Sequence record: OK018184
Strand: one strand, 5' to 3'
Source of the DNA: Shigella phage CT01
Length of the DNA stretch: 64,000 nucleotides
Part shown: one piece after another, positions 8,101 to 19,915 of the stretch
Position numbering within the stretch: the first letter of the stretch is position 1
Layout of the letters: each line of letters opens with the position of its first letter
Made by a program: the position numbers and the translations under genes
Notes under the pieces: model-generated
What the model saw: only the letters and a program-made list of their open reading frames with translations
What the model was told of the DNA's origin: nothing
Databases searched by the model: none

Positions 8101-8111
8101 ACTTTGTGAAA

Positions 8112-8808
<697 letters not shown>

Positions 8809-8809
<1 letters not shown>

Positions 8810-9522
8810 TATAGTACCTTTAGTGTATTTTTAATTTTAGAAAAAAGTTCTTCAAGAGAACCATCATTTGTAATTACTAAATCACCATCACGAATTGGCA
8901 ATCCAGCTTCTGTAATATGAGTATCATTGGATTTTTGACCAGGACGAACTACATGAATTACTGTAGCACCCATCGCCCTAGCCGCATCCATTTCATGATC
9001 TTGACGAGTATCAGGAACGATATAATAATCATAACCTGAATTAAATTTATCAAGATAATCTAAAGCAAATAATTTTACCCAATACATGCGGTCGAAGTTA
9101 TTAACAATCAAATCCGTACCTAGGGCTTGCATCAGACGACGGACTGACCATTGATCTTCAATATTATTTATAACGTCAGCAATCTTGTTAAATGCTACGA
9201 AATTAACTGCGTCATCAAAAACAAACACACCTTTAATTGGGCTTTTACTATTAAGATAGCAAAATGCTTGTTCCATAATCGTAATTACTTCTAATTTAGT
9301 CAGATTTAAATTAGTCTCACGATCATAGTCAATTCCTTCAAACTCTTTACGAGTTAAGCAAGGATAGTCAGTGTTTGCTGCAAATACACCCCATGCATAA
9401 GCCAATGCATCCTTAATAGGACCAGCAAGTTGATATTTAACTGCAGAATAATTATTCATAATAAAATCTGCAGTAGTATCTTTTCCACTACGCTTTACAC
9501 CACTTAAAAAGATTAGTTTCAT
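8809..9522 (-). CDS. 1: deoxynucleoside monophosphate kinase (gp1)
   Basis: 237 aa; P-loop GVKRSGKDT near the N-terminus; T4 order 57A-1-3-2-4. Confidence 0.85.
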
Positions 9523-9547
9523 ATGTTTCTCCTCAAATTTAGTTAAG

Positions 9548-9571
9548 ATTATAACACATGAAACTGAAGCA
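9548..9571 (-). promoter_or_regulatory. MotA-dependent middle promoter candidate for gene 1
   Basis: minus strand TGCTTCA (MotA box) 11 nt upstream of TATAAT. Confidence 0.4.
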
Positions 9572-10102
9572 TTAAACTTCTGCTATAATTTTGCCATCTT
9601 TTTCTACTTGAAAATACGTATAAGGAATCGTTGCTGTACATACTAAAGCTGGGTCTGAATCTTCCGTGTAGCTAAATTCTACTTCAGACAGGTCAGAAAC
9701 CCAAGGCTTATAAAAATTTATTGACATCACGATTTCAGTTTTACTGTTATCTAAAATGTAAAGCGTAATGTATTCAGGACCTGTTTTTTGGGCAGTATTT
9801 TCGCCTGTAAGATAGTTACTAGTTCCTAGCATCCATTCATACATTCCTATCCACGACTTAAGCTCTTCATCAACTATAAATCTCACAATGAGTGGGTCGT
9901 ACTCAAATGTAACTCCTGGACGCTGTGCTCGGCCTAGTCCAAACGGCCCAGTCACGGTATCAGTAACAGGTATCCTAATTCCCGGAATAGGAACTGACTG
10001 AGCATTTAAAGTAAAAGCAGATGTAGTATTACTATGTGGTATTGATACTACAAAGTTAGTTGTATTTGCTTGGTTAAAAATTTGTTGTAGTGCTTGCGAC
10101 AT
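9572..10102 (-). CDS. 3: tail completion / sheath stabiliser gp3
   Basis: ORF track gives 203 aa from 10183; the internal Met (MSQALQQ…) gives 176 aa, matching T4 gp3, so start taken as 10102. Confidence 0.6.
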   Translation of the reverse strand: MSQALQQIFNQANTTNFVVSIPHSNTTSAFTLNAQSVPIPGIRIPVTDTVTGPFGLGRAQRPGVTFEYDPLIVRFIVDEELKSWIGMYEWMLGTSNYLTGENTAQKTGPEYITLYILDNSKTEIVMSINFYKPWVSDLSEVEFSYTEDSDPALVCTATIPYTYFQVEKDGKIIAEV

Positions 10103-10208
10103 ATATTCCTCATAATGCTTTATAAATGTTGGTGGTATAATGGGTCTAAGTCCCTTCCATTCAATTCCAATTAGAACAAACAATAGAAAAGAATGGAAGA
10201 TAATAGAA

Positions 10209-10397
10209 TTAATTTATTAGACTTCTTAAACGAGCAGAAGTCATAAATGGAAATTTTTCTAAAGTTGGCTTTCGCCAATATCTTGGATGACAAGTTGATT
10301 TAAAATCAAGAACAATTTTCTTTGCTTCATCAATAGTGCTAACCCTATCAATTAGTGAATTATAAATTTTTTCATAATTCATCGTACATTGCTCCAA
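10209..10397 (-). CDS. small hypothetical ORF between genes 3 and 2
   Basis: 62 aa ORF filling an otherwise ~190-bp gap; no motif; may be non-coding. Confidence 0.25.
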   Translation of the reverse strand: MEQCTMNYEKIYNSLIDRVSTIDEAKKIVLDFKSTCHPRYWRKPTLEKFPFMTSARLRSLIN

Positions 10398-11206
10398 ACT
10401 TTGTTTGCAGAGAAACGTTTTCCTTTGGAGTAGAAGCTTTGGAGTGGCATTAACACAACGTTCGCCCAGTCTTTCGGGGCGATTTCAACAAGGCTACCCA
10501 TAATATTACCGGGTATATATGCCTTAATCATTTGGTCTGCACCCCTAAATCCTTTCACTTGACTCCAATCAATTTTTAATTTCGTTTTATTAGTAATAGT
10601 AGGTGTATTTGAATATTGCTTTAAAAGCTCTTCTAGAAATTGCTGACGAGCTTTAGGTGGAATATAGTGCAAGTTCAATCCGTACATTAAATTATGTTTA
10701 CCTAAACCAAGGTAAATTATCAAAGGAAATTTATCCCAATAAGGAAGAGTTTCTTTGTGTTTAGCGTCGTAAGCAAAAGCATATATTCGTCCCGGCTGCG
10801 GGCGAACAACTTTATGTCCTTTTACCTGTTTAATAGTTTCAGCAAACCACTTTCTGGTTTTATTATTAATTGCTGCGCCTTCATTACGAATTTTATCACG
10901 CAATGTTTGTCTGAATGAATTTATCATAAGCAGTTGTCTTTCTTGCTTATTGAGTTTATTCATTGGTTTTGATTCAAGCTTTTGAATCTTTTCAGCTGTT
11001 TTAATTCCTGAAGCATATTTTGACATTGCCGAAGTAAACGTAGAATATTTAATTCCTTTTTCTTCAGCAAATTGCTTTCCTGTCATTCCTTTTGCTTTGG
11101 CCTTTTTGTATTCAAGACCTATCTGAATCCATTTCTTTTCGTTTAATGATTGCTTAACCTTTGGAACTTGGGGAGTGCTTTCATTAATTATTTGAAAAAT
11201 AGCCAT
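10379..11206 (-). CDS. 2: DNA end protector protein gp2
   Basis: 275 aa, basic; position and size match T4 gp2. Confidence 0.65.
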   Translation of the reverse strand: MAIFQIINESTPQVPKVKQSLNEKKWIQIGLEYKKAKAKGMTGKQFAEEKGIKYSTFTSAMSKYASGIKTAEKIQKLESKPMNKLNKQERQLLMINSFRQTLRDKIRNEGAAINNKTRKWFAETIKQVKGHKVVRPQPGRIYAFAYDAKHKETLPYWDKFPLIIYLGLGKHNLMYGLNLHYIPPKARQQFLEELLKQYSNTPTITNKTKLKIDWSQVKGFRGADQMIKAYIPGNIMGSLVEIAPKDWANVVLMPLQSFYSKGKRFSANKVWSNVR

Positions 11207-11658
11207 TATGCCCCCTTAAAGCCAAGAGCTCGTAATCCATCTTCTGTTAAAATTCTAAATTTTATTCCACGCTTTTCAGCTAAAGCTTGAGCTGCTTTCC
11301 ATTTGTCAGTATTAACTGAATATGTATAAATTTCATTCATAAATCTTTTCTTCGCTGCAGTTGTTAGATGTGCTGGTTTAATTGGTGGTTGTGTTTCTTT
11401 TTTAGGCTTTATTTCAATAAAAAATTCTTGTCCAGAAGAATCTTTCATCCAAATATCCATGAAGTATCTACGTTTTTTCCCTTCTGCATTACAAAAATAA
11501 GGAATTACTGCTGTTTCACTACCCCATGCAATAATTTCTGGATTTTTATCTAACCATTCAAAAAAGAATTTTTCCCAATTTGATCTATACGTAATTTTTT
11601 TAGGGTCACCTCTATATTTTGATATATTTTTAGGAACCCATTTTCCAGAATATGCCAT
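11206..11658 (-). CDS. 4: head completion protein gp4
   Basis: 150 aa; stop/start overlap with gene 2; size matches T4 gp4. Confidence 0.65.
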   Translation of the reverse strand: MAYSGKWVPKNISKYRGDPKKITYRSNWEKFFFEWLDKNPEIIAWGSETAVIPYFCNAEGKKRRYFMDIWMKDSSGQEFFIEIKPKKETQPPIKPAHLTTAAKKRFMNEIYTYSVNTDKWKAAQALAEKRGIKFRILTEDGLRALGFKGA

Positions 11659-11669
11659 TGGATTCTCCT

Positions 11670-11677
11670 TATAAATA
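11670..11677 (+). promoter_or_regulatory. late promoter TATAAATA for gene 53
   Basis: exact TATAAATA about 30 bp upstream of the gp53 ATG. Confidence 0.6.
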
Positions 11678-11684
11678 GATAATA

Positions 11685-11692
11685 TATTTATA
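11685..11692 (-). promoter_or_regulatory. late promoter TATAAATA (minus strand) for gene 4
   Basis: plus-strand TATTTATA about 27 bp upstream of the gp4 start; divergent from the gene 53 promoter. Confidence 0.5.
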
Positions 11693-11705
11693 AACAGGAG
11701 GGCCC

Positions 11706-12296
11706 ATGCTCTTTACATTTTTTGATCCGATTGAATATGCGGCCAAAACGGTGAATAAAAACGCGCCGACTATTCCTATGACAGATATTTTTAGAAACTA
11801 TAAAGACTATTTTAAACGCGCTCTTGCGGGATACCGTTTACGTACTTATTATATTAAAGGTTCACCACGCCCGGAAGAATTAGCAAATGCTATATATGGA
11901 AATCCACAGTTGTATTGGGTTTTATTGATGTGTAATGATAATTATGATCCGTATTATGGATGGATTACTTCGCAAGAAGCTGCTTATCAAGCATCTATAC
12001 AAAAATACAAAAATGTAGGTGGAGACCAAATAGTATATCATGTGAATGAGAATGGTGAAAAATTTTATAATTTAATATCATACGATGATAATCCATATGT
12101 TTGGTATGACAAAGGCGATAAAGCTAGAAAATATCCTCAATATGAAGGAGCACTTGCTGCGGTCGATACGTATGAAGCTGCTGTTCTTGAAAATGAAAAA
12201 CTTCGTCAAATAAAAATAATAGCAAAATCAGACATCAATTCATTTATGAACGACCTTATACGTATAATGGAGAAATCTTATGGAAATGATAAGTAA
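11706..12296 (+). CDS. 53: baseplate wedge protein gp53
   Basis: 196 aa, immediately upstream of gene 5 as in T4. Confidence 0.7.
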   Translation: MLFTFFDPIEYAAKTVNKNAPTIPMTDIFRNYKDYFKRALAGYRLRTYYIKGSPRPEELANAIYGNPQLYWVLLMCNDNYDPYYGWITSQEAAYQASIQKYKNVGGDQIVYHVNENGEKFYNLISYDDNPYVWYDKGDKARKYPQYEGALAAVDTYEAAVLENEKLRQIKIIAKSDINSFMNDLIRIMEKSYGNDK

Positions 12297-14007
12297 TAAC
12301 CTCAATTGGTTTGTTGGTGTTGTTGAAGATAGAATGGACCCATTAAAATTAGGTCGTGTTCGTGTTCGTGTGGTTGGTCTGCATCCACCTCAAAGAGCAC
12401 AAGGTGATGTAATGGGTATTCCAACCGATAAATTGCCATGGATGTCAGTTATTCAACCGATAACTTCTGCAGCAATGTCTGGAATTGGAGGCTCCGTTAC
12501 TGGTCCGGTAGAAGGAACTAGAGTTTATGGTCATTTTTTAGACAAATGGAAAACTAACGGAATTGTTCTTGGCACGTATGGTGGAATAGTTCGCGAAAAG
12601 CCTAATAGACTTGAAGGATTTTCTGACCCGACTGGACAGTATCCTAGACGTCTAGGAAATGATACTAACGTATTAAACCAAGGCGGAGAAGTAGGATATG
12701 ATTCGTCTTCTAATATTATCCAAGATAGTAATTTAGATACTGCGATAAATCCCGATGATAGACCACTATCAGAGATTCCAACTGATGATAATCCAAATAT
12801 GTCAATGGCTGAAATGCTTCGCCGTGATGAAGGATTAAGACTAAAAGTTTATTGGGATACTGAAGGATATCCGACAATTGGTATTGGTCATCTTATCATG
12901 AAGCAGCCAGTTCGTGATATGGCCCAAATTAATAAAGTTTTATCAAAACAGGTTGGTCGTGAAATTACCGGAAATCCAGGTTCTATTACAATGGAAGAAG
13001 CGGTAACTTTATTTGAACGTGATTTAGCTGATATGCAACGTGACATTAAATCACATTCTAAAGTTGGCCCAGTTTGGCAAGCAGTTAATCGTTCTCGTCA
13101 AATGGCATTAGAAAATATGGCATTTCAGATGGGTGTTGGCGGTGTAGCTAAATTTAACACAATGTTAACTGCTATGTTAGCCGGAGATTGGGAAAAAGCA
13201 TATAAAGCTGGTCGTGATTCATTGTGGTATCAACAAACAAAAGGCCGTGCATCTCGTGTTACCATGATTATTCTTACAGGGAATTTGGAATCATACGGTA
13301 TTGAAGTGAAAACACCAGCTAGGTCTTTGTCGGCAATGGCTGCTACTGTAGCAAAGTCTTCTGATCCGGCCGATCCTCCTATTCCGAATGATTCGAGAAT
13401 TTTATTTAAAGAACCTGTTTCTTCATATAAAGGTGAATATCCATATGTTCACACAATGGAAACTGAAAGCGGTCATATTCAGGAATTTGATGATACGCCT
13501 GGACAAGAACGATACAGATTAGTTCATCCGACTGGAACATATGAGGAAGTATCACCGTCAGGAAGAAGAACAAGAAAAACTGTTGATAATTTGTATGATA
13601 TAACAAATGCTGACGGTAATTTTTTGGTAGCCGGCGATAAAAAGACTAACGTCGGTGGATCAGAAATTTACTACAACATGGATAATCGTCTTCACCAAAT
13701 AGATGGAAGCAACACAATATTTGTCCGTGGCGATGAAACTAAGACAGTTGAAGGTAATGGAACTATCCTAGTTAAAGGTAATGTTACTATTGTAGTCGAA
13801 GGTAATGCTGACATTACAGTTAAAGGAGATGCTACCACTTTAGTTGAAGGAAATCAGACTAATACAGTAAATGGAAATCTTTCTTGGAAAGTTGCTGGGA
13901 CAGTTGATTGGGACGTTGGTGGTGATTGGACAGAAAAAATGGCATCTATGAGTTCTATTTCATCTGGTCAATACACAATTGATGGATCGAGGATTGACAT
14001 TGGCTAA
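12280..14007 (+). CDS. 5: baseplate hub / cell-puncturing protein with lysozyme domain (gp5)
   Basis: 575 aa; N-terminus MEMISNNLNWFVGVVED…; lysozyme motif GLRLKVYWDTEGYPTIGIGHL; C-terminal VxGxxxxx beta-helix repeats. Confidence 0.9.
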   Translation: MEMISNNLNWFVGVVEDRMDPLKLGRVRVRVVGLHPPQRAQGDVMGIPTDKLPWMSVIQPITSAAMSGIGGSVTGPVEGTRVYGHFLDKWKTNGIVLGTYGGIVREKPNRLEGFSDPTGQYPRRLGNDTNVLNQGGEVGYDSSSNIIQDSNLDTAINPDDRPLSEIPTDDNPNMSMAEMLRRDEGLRLKVYWDTEGYPTIGIGHLIMKQPVRDMAQINKVLSKQVGREITGNPGSITMEEAVTLFERDLADMQRDIKSHSKVGPVWQAVNRSRQMALENMAFQMGVGGVAKFNTMLTAMLAGDWEKAYKAGRDSLWYQQTKGRASRVTMIILTGNLESYGIEVKTPARSLSAMAATVAKSSDPADPPIPNDSRILFKEPVSSYKGEYPYVHTMETESGHIQEFDDTPGQERYRLVHPTGTYEEVSPSGRRTRKTVDNLYDITNADGNFLVAGDKKTNVGGSEIYYNMDNRLHQIDGSNTIFVRGDETKTVEGNGTILVKGNVTIVVEGNADITVKGDATTLVEGNQTNTVNGNLSWKVAGTVDWDVGGDWTEKMASMSSISSGQYTIDGSRIDIG

Positions 14008-14536
14008 TATACTTCCAATGAGCGCTGATTTAGGAGAATCCATGGAAGGTTCTTCTATTGACGTCACCTTTACCGCTCAATTAGAAACAGGTGAAACGTT
14101 AGTATCTATAAATATAACTAGTTACGAAGAAACTCCTGGGGTTTTAGTAGAAGAAAATCGTTTATATGGAACGTATGAATCTGTGTTTGGATTTGGAAAT
14201 GACGCACTAAAATATCGTTTAGATAATGAATTTAAAACTGCTGCTTCATGGGAAGACCTTCCAACTGATTCTAATACTCAGTTATATCTATGGAAAGCTC
14301 CTCAAAACCTCCAGAAGACATTCACTTACGAAGTAACATTAATATATGACTATCAAGAACAAAGTGAATCTGGAGGTTCTGGTAGTAATTCTAGGTCATC
14401 TTCTGATACTACTGAACCAACGGATCCTCCTGCTCCAATAAGAAAAACTCTTGTTAAAAATTACACAAAAACTATAGTTGGAAATTGGAGTCGTTGGGCT
14501 AATAAATTAAGAAGCTACGTATATGAGAGGCAATAA
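13979..14536 (+). CDS. 5.1: gp5.1-like protein
   Basis: 185 aa ORF between gene 5 and the PAAR gene. Confidence 0.5.
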   Translation: MMDRGLTLANILPMSADLGESMEGSSIDVTFTAQLETGETLVSINITSYEETPGVLVEENRLYGTYESVFGFGNDALKYRLDNEFKTAASWEDLPTDSNTQLYLWKAPQNLQKTFTYEVTLIYDYQEQSESGGSGSNSRSSSDTTEPTDPPAPIRKTLVKNYTKTIVGNWSRWANKLRSYVYERQ

Positions 14537-14829
14537 TGTCAGGATTAAGTTATGATAAGTGTGTTACTGCTGGTCATGAAGCGTGGCCTCCAACAGTTGT
14601 GAATGCTACACAAAGTAAAGTATTCACTGGAGGAATTGCTGTTCTCGTGGCAGGTGATCCAATTACAGAACATACAGAAATTAAAAAGCCATATGAAACA
14701 CATGGCGGAGTGGCACAACCTAGAACTTCTAAGGTATATGTCACTGGAAAGAAAGCTGTTCAAATGGCTGATCCAATATCATGCGGTGATACTGTGGCTC
14801 AGGCATCATCTAAAGTATTCATTAAATAG
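14536..14829 (+). CDS. 5.4: PAAR-repeat spike tip protein (gp5.4)
   Basis: 97 aa; PAAR-like pattern (…[12 protein letters not shown]…, …[17 protein letters not shown]…). Confidence 0.75.
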   Translation: MSGLSYDKCVTAGHEAWPPTVVNATQSKVFTGGIAVLVAGDPITEHTEIKKPYETHGGVAQPRTSKVYVTGKKAVQMADPISCGDTVAQASSKVFIK

Positions 14830-14837
14830 GATTTAAA

Positions 14838-16820
14838 ATGGCAAATACCCCTGTAAATTATCAATTAACAAGAACAGCAAATGCTATTCCCGAGATATTC
14901 GTCGGGGGTACATTTGCTGAAATAAAACAAAACCTCATTGAATGGCTTAATGGTCAAAATGAATTTTTGGATTATGATTTTGAAGGCTCAAGATTAAACG
15001 TTCTGTGTGACCTTTTAGCTTATAATACATTATATATTCAGCAGTTTGGTAATGCTGCCGTATATGAAAGCTTTATGCGTACTGCTAACTTACGTAGTTC
15101 AGTAGTTCAAGCGGCACAAGATAATGGATATTTACCTACTTCAAAATCAGCTGCTCAAACTGAAATTATGCTAACTTGCACAGACGCATTGAATAGAAAT
15201 TACATTACTATTCCTCGTGGTACTCGCTTTTTAGCATATGCAAAAGATACTTCCGTTAATCCTTATAACTTTGTATCTACTGAAGATGTTATTGCTATTC
15301 GCGATAAAAATAACCAATATTTTCCGCGTTTAAAATTAGCCCAAGGACGTATAGTAAGAACTGAAATCATTTATGATAAATTAACACCTATTATCATTTA
15401 TGACAAAAATATAGATAGAAACCAAGTTAAACTATACGTTGATGGAGCAGAATGGATTAACTGGACAAGAAAGTCAATGGTTCATGCTGGTTCTACATCA
15501 ACAATTTACTACATGCGTGAAACTATTGATGGAAATACTGAATTTTATTTTGGTGAAGGTGAGATTTCCGTTAATGCGGCAGAAGGAGCATTGACCGCTA
15601 ATTATATTGGAGGTCTTAAACCTACCCAGAACTCTACGATTGTTATTGAGTACATCAGTACTAACGGTGCAGATGCGAATGGCGCAGTCGGATTTTCATA
15701 TGCAGATACATTAACAAATATAACTGTCATCAATATTAATGAAAATCCAAACGACGACCCAGATTTCGTTGGAGCAGACGGCGGTGGTGACCCAGAAGAT
15801 ATTGAGCGTATTCGCGAATTGGGTACTATTAAACGCGAAACCCAACAACGCTGCGTAACTGCGACTGATTATGATACATTCGTTTCAGAGAGATTTGGTT
15901 CTATTATTCAAGCAGTTCAAACTTTCACTGATTCTACAAAACCCGGTTATGCATTTATTGCTGCTAAACCTAAATCAGGTCTGTATTTAACTACTGTACA
16001 GCGTGAAGATATTAAAAATTATCTCAAAGACTATAATTTAGCTCCTATTACACCATCAATTATTTCTCCTAATTACCTTTTTATTAAGACTAATTTAAAA
16101 GTCACATATGCTTTAAATAAGCTGCAAGAATCCGAACAGTGGCTCGAAGGTCAAATAATTGATAAAATTGATCGTTATTATACCGAAGATGTAGAAATTT
16201 TTAACTCATCTTTCGCTAAATCTAAGATGTTGACATATGTAGATGATGCAGATCATTCTATCATTGGCTCATCAGCGACAATTCAAATTGTTCGTGAAGT
16301 ACAAAACTTCTATAAAACGCCTGAAGCAGGTATTAAATACAATAATCAAATAAAAGACCGTTCTATGGAATCTAATACGTTTTCATTTAATTCTGGACGA
16401 AAGGTTGTAAATCCTGATACTGGTTTAGAAGAAGATGTATTATATGACGTTCGTATAGTATCAACAGACCGAGATTCTAAAGGAATTGGTAAAGTTATTA
16501 TTGGTCCATTTGCTTCGGGTGATGTTACAGAAAATAAAAACATTCGTCCATATACAGGCAACGATTTTAATAAATTAGCAAATTCTAGTGGACGCGACAA
16601 ATACTATGTTATCGGTGAAATAAATTATCCAGCTGATATGATTTATTGGAATATCGCTAAAATTAATTTAACATCCGATAAATTTGAGGTTCAGACTATT
16701 GAGCTATATTCTGATCCAATAGACGATGTTATTTTCACACGCGATGGTTCACTGATTGTATTTGAAAATGATTTACGTCCACAATACTTAACTATCGATT
16801 TGGAGCCTATATCACAATGA
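14838..16820 (+). CDS. 6: baseplate wedge protein gp6
   Basis: 660 aa, T4 gp6 size and position. Confidence 0.8.
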   Translation: MANTPVNYQLTRTANAIPEIFVGGTFAEIKQNLIEWLNGQNEFLDYDFEGSRLNVLCDLLAYNTLYIQQFGNAAVYESFMRTANLRSSVVQAAQDNGYLPTSKSAAQTEIMLTCTDALNRNYITIPRGTRFLAYAKDTSVNPYNFVSTEDVIAIRDKNNQYFPRLKLAQGRIVRTEIIYDKLTPIIIYDKNIDRNQVKLYVDGAEWINWTRKSMVHAGSTSTIYYMRETIDGNTEFYFGEGEISVNAAEGALTANYIGGLKPTQNSTIVIEYISTNGADANGAVGFSYADTLTNITVININENPNDDPDFVGADGGGDPEDIERIRELGTIKRETQQRCVTATDYDTFVSERFGSIIQAVQTFTDSTKPGYAFIAAKPKSGLYLTTVQREDIKNYLKDYNLAPITPSIISPNYLFIKTNLKVTYALNKLQESEQWLEGQIIDKIDRYYTEDVEIFNSSFAKSKMLTYVDDADHSIIGSSATIQIVREVQNFYKTPEAGIKYNNQIKDRSMESNTFSFNSGRKVVNPDTGLEEDVLYDVRIVSTDRDSKGIGKVIIGPFASGDVTENKNIRPYTGNDFNKLANSSGRDKYYVIGEINYPADMIYWNIAKINLTSDKFEVQTIELYSDPIDDVIFTRDGSLIVFENDLRPQYLTIDLEPISQ

Positions 16821-19800
16821 CAGTAAAAGCACCTTCAGTCACTAGTCTCAGAATTTCCAAGTTATCCGCAAATCAGGTGCAAGTACGCTGGGATGACGTT
16901 GGTGCTAATTTCTACTATTTTGTAGAAATCGCTGAGACAAAAACAAACTCGGGGGAAAATCTCCCGAGCAATCAATACAGATGGATTAACTTAGGATATA
17001 CTGCAAATAACAGCTTCTTTTTTGATAATGCTGACCCATTGACATCATACGTTATTAGAGTAGCTACAGCTGCACAGGATTTTGAGCAGTCTGATTGGAT
17101 TTATACCGAAGAGTTTGAAACTTTTGCTACAAACGCTTATACATTTCAAAACATGATTGAAATGCAATTAGCTAATAAATTCATTCAGGAAAAATTTACT
17201 CTTAATAATTCTGACTATGTTAATTTTAATAATGACACTATAATGGCTGCATTGATGAATGAATCATTCCAGTTCAGCCCATCATATGCTGATGTTTCAT
17301 CAATAAGTAATTTTATTATTGGTGAAAATGAGTATCATGAAATACAAGGTTCTATTCAGCAAGTATGTAAGGATATTAATCGAGTTTATTTGATGGAATC
17401 AGAAGGGATTCTATATCTTTTTGAGCGTTATCAACCTGTAGTTAAAGTATCCAATGATAAAGGTCAAACCTGGAAAGCTGTAAAGCTCTTCAATGACCGT
17501 GTAGGATATCCTTTATCTAAGACTGTATATTACCAATCTGCGAGCACAACATACGTTCTAGGATACGACAAGATTTTCTATGGCCGCAAATCTACTGATG
17601 TTAGATGGTCAGCTGATGGTGTCAGATTTAGTTCGCAGGATATAACATTCGCTAAACTTGGTGATCAACTTCATTTGGGATTTGATGTTGAAATCTTTGG
17701 TACTTATGCTACATTACCTGCAAATGTGTATCGTATAGCTGAAGCTATTACTTGCACCGATGATTACATTTACGTTGTCGCCAGAGACAAAGTTAGATAC
17801 ATAAAAACGAGTAATGCACCTATAGATTCTGATCCATTATCTCCAACATATTCGGAAAGACTTTTTGAACCTGATACAATGACTATAACCGGAAATCCTA
17901 AAGCAGTATGCTATAAAATGGATTCTATCGGTGATAAAGTTTTTGCTCTTATTATTGGTGAAGTTGAAACATTAAATGCTAATCCTAGAACATCAAAAAT
18001 AATTGATTCTGATGATAAAGGAATATACGTTTTAAATCATGATACAAAAACGTGGAAAAGAGTTTTTGGCAACACTGAAGAAGAAAGAAGACGTATTCAA
18101 CCTGGATATGCGAATATGTCAACTGATGGTAAATTAGTTTCTCTGTCTTCGAGTAATTTTAAATTTTTAAGTGATAACATTGTTAATGACCCTGAAACTG
18201 CAGCGAAATATCAGTTAATCGGTGCTGTTAAATATGAATTTCCTCGCGAATGGTTAGCTGATAAGCATTATCATATGATGGCATTTATAGCAGATGAAAA
18301 ATCTGATTGGGAAACTTTTACGCCTCAACCGATGAAATATTATGCAGAACCATTCTTTAACTGGTCTAAAAAATCTAACACACGTTGTTGGATAAACAAC
18401 TCTGACAGAGCTGTAGTAGTTTATGCTGATTTAAAATACACTAAAGTTATAGAAAATATTCCGGAAACATCGCCAGATAGATTAGTTCATGAATACTGGG
18501 ATGATGGTGATTGCACGATAGTAATGCCAAATGTTAAATTCACGGGATTTAAAAAATATGCGTCTGGGATGCTTTTTTATAAATCTTCTGGTGAAATAAT
18601 TTCTTACTATGATTTTAACTATCGAGTGAGAGACACGGTTGAAATAATTTGGAAGCCAACTGGAATATTTTTAAAAGCATTTTTACAAAACCAAGAGCGT
18701 GAAACTCCTTGGTCACCAGAAGAAGAGCATGGATTAGCTGACCCTGATTTAAGACCATTGATTGGCACAATGATGCCTGATTCTTATTTACTACAAGATT
18801 CGAATTTTGAGGCATTTTGCGAAGCATATATTCAATATCTTTCTGATGGATATGGAACTCAGTATAACAATTTACGAAATTTAATTCGTAACAAATATCC
18901 ACGAGAAGAGCATGCATGGGAATATTTGTGGTCAGAGATATATAAAAGAAACATTTATTTAAATGCTGACAAACGTGATGCTGTTGCAAGATTTTTTGAA
19001 TCACGTAGCTATGATTTTTATTCTACTAAAGGAATTGAAGCATCATACAAATTTCTTTTTAAAGTTCTTTATAATGAAGAAGTTGAAATTGAAATTGAAT
19101 CTGGGGCTGGTACTGAATATGATATAATCATTCAATCTGATTCTTTGACTGAAGACTTAGTAGGACAAACGATTTATACAGCTACAGGAAGATGTAATGT
19201 TACTTATATAGAAAGAAGTTATTCTAACGGTAAATTGCAATGGACTGTAACTATTCATAATCTTTTGGGAAGATTAATTGCCGGTCAAGAAGTTAAAGCA
19301 GAAAGACTCCCTAGTTTTGAAGGCGAAATTATTCGCGGGGTTAAAGGAAAGGATTTGCTTCAAAATAATATAGACTATATTAATAGAAGTCGATCATATT
19401 ATGTAATGAAAATTAAATCCAATTTACCTTCTTCCCGCTGGAAATCTGACGTTATTCGTTTTGTTCATCCAGTAGGATTTGGATTTATAGCAATTACTCT
19501 TTTAACAATGTTTATTAATGTCGGTTTAACTCTTAAACATACAGAGACTATAATTAATAAATACAAAAACTACAAGTGGGATTCTGGATTGCCTACTGAA
19601 TATGCTGATAGAGTAGCTAAATTAACTCCAACTGGTGAAATTGAACATGATTCAGTAACAGGAGAAGCAATTTATGAACCTGGCCCAATGGCTGGTGTAA
19701 AATATCCTCTTCCTAATGACTATAATGCTGAAAATAATAATTCAATATTTCAAGGTCAATTGCCTTCTGAACGACGCAAGTTAATGAGTCCTCTATTTGA

Positions 19801-19915
19801 CGCATCTGGAACAACATTTGCACAGTTTAGGGATTTAGTTAATAAACGTCTAAAAGATAATATAGGAAATCCAAGAGACCCTGAAAATCCAACACAGGTT
19901 AAAATAGATGAATGA
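16817..19915 (+). CDS. 7: baseplate wedge protein gp7
   Basis: 1032 aa, T4 gp7 size and position. Confidence 0.8.
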   Translation: MTVKAPSVTSLRISKLSANQVQVRWDDVGANFYYFVEIAETKTNSGENLPSNQYRWINLGYTANNSFFFDNADPLTSYVIRVATAAQDFEQSDWIYTEEFETFATNAYTFQNMIEMQLANKFIQEKFTLNNSDYVNFNNDTIMAALMNESFQFSPSYADVSSISNFIIGENEYHEIQGSIQQVCKDINRVYLMESEGILYLFERYQPVVKVSNDKGQTWKAVKLFNDRVGYPLSKTVYYQSASTTYVLGYDKIFYGRKSTDVRWSADGVRFSSQDITFAKLGDQLHLGFDVEIFGTYATLPANVYRIAEAITCTDDYIYVVARDKVRYIKTSNAPIDSDPLSPTYSERLFEPDTMTITGNPKAVCYKMDSIGDKVFALIIGEVETLNANPRTSKIIDSDDKGIYVLNHDTKTWKRVFGNTEEERRRIQPGYANMSTDGKLVSLSSSNFKFLSDNIVNDPETAAKYQLIGAVKYEFPREWLADKHYHMMAFIADEKSDWETFTPQPMKYYAEPFFNWSKKSNTRCWINNSDRAVVVYADLKYTKVIENIPETSPDRLVHEYWDDGDCTIVMPNVKFTGFKKYASGMLFYKSSGEIISYYDFNYRVRDTVEIIWKPTGIFLKAFLQNQERETPWSPEEEHGLADPDLRPLIGTMMPDSYLLQDSNFEAFCEAYIQYLSDGYGTQYNNLRNLIRNKYPREEHAWEYLWSEIYKRNIYLNADKRDAVARFFESRSYDFYSTKGIEASYKFLFKVLYNEEVEIEIESGAGTEYDIIIQSDSLTEDLVGQTIYTATGRCNVTYIERSYSNGKLQWTVTIHNLLGRLIAGQEVKAERLPSFEGEIIRGVKGKDLLQNNIDYINRSRSYYVMKIKSNLPSSRWKSDVIRFVHPVGFGFIAITLLTMFINVGLTLKHTETIINKYKNYKWDSGLPTEYADRVAKLTPTGEIEHDSVTGEAIYEPGPMAGVKYPLPNDYNAENNNSIFQGQLPSERRKLMSPLFDASGTTFAQFRDLVNKRLKDNIGNPRDPENPTQVKIDE

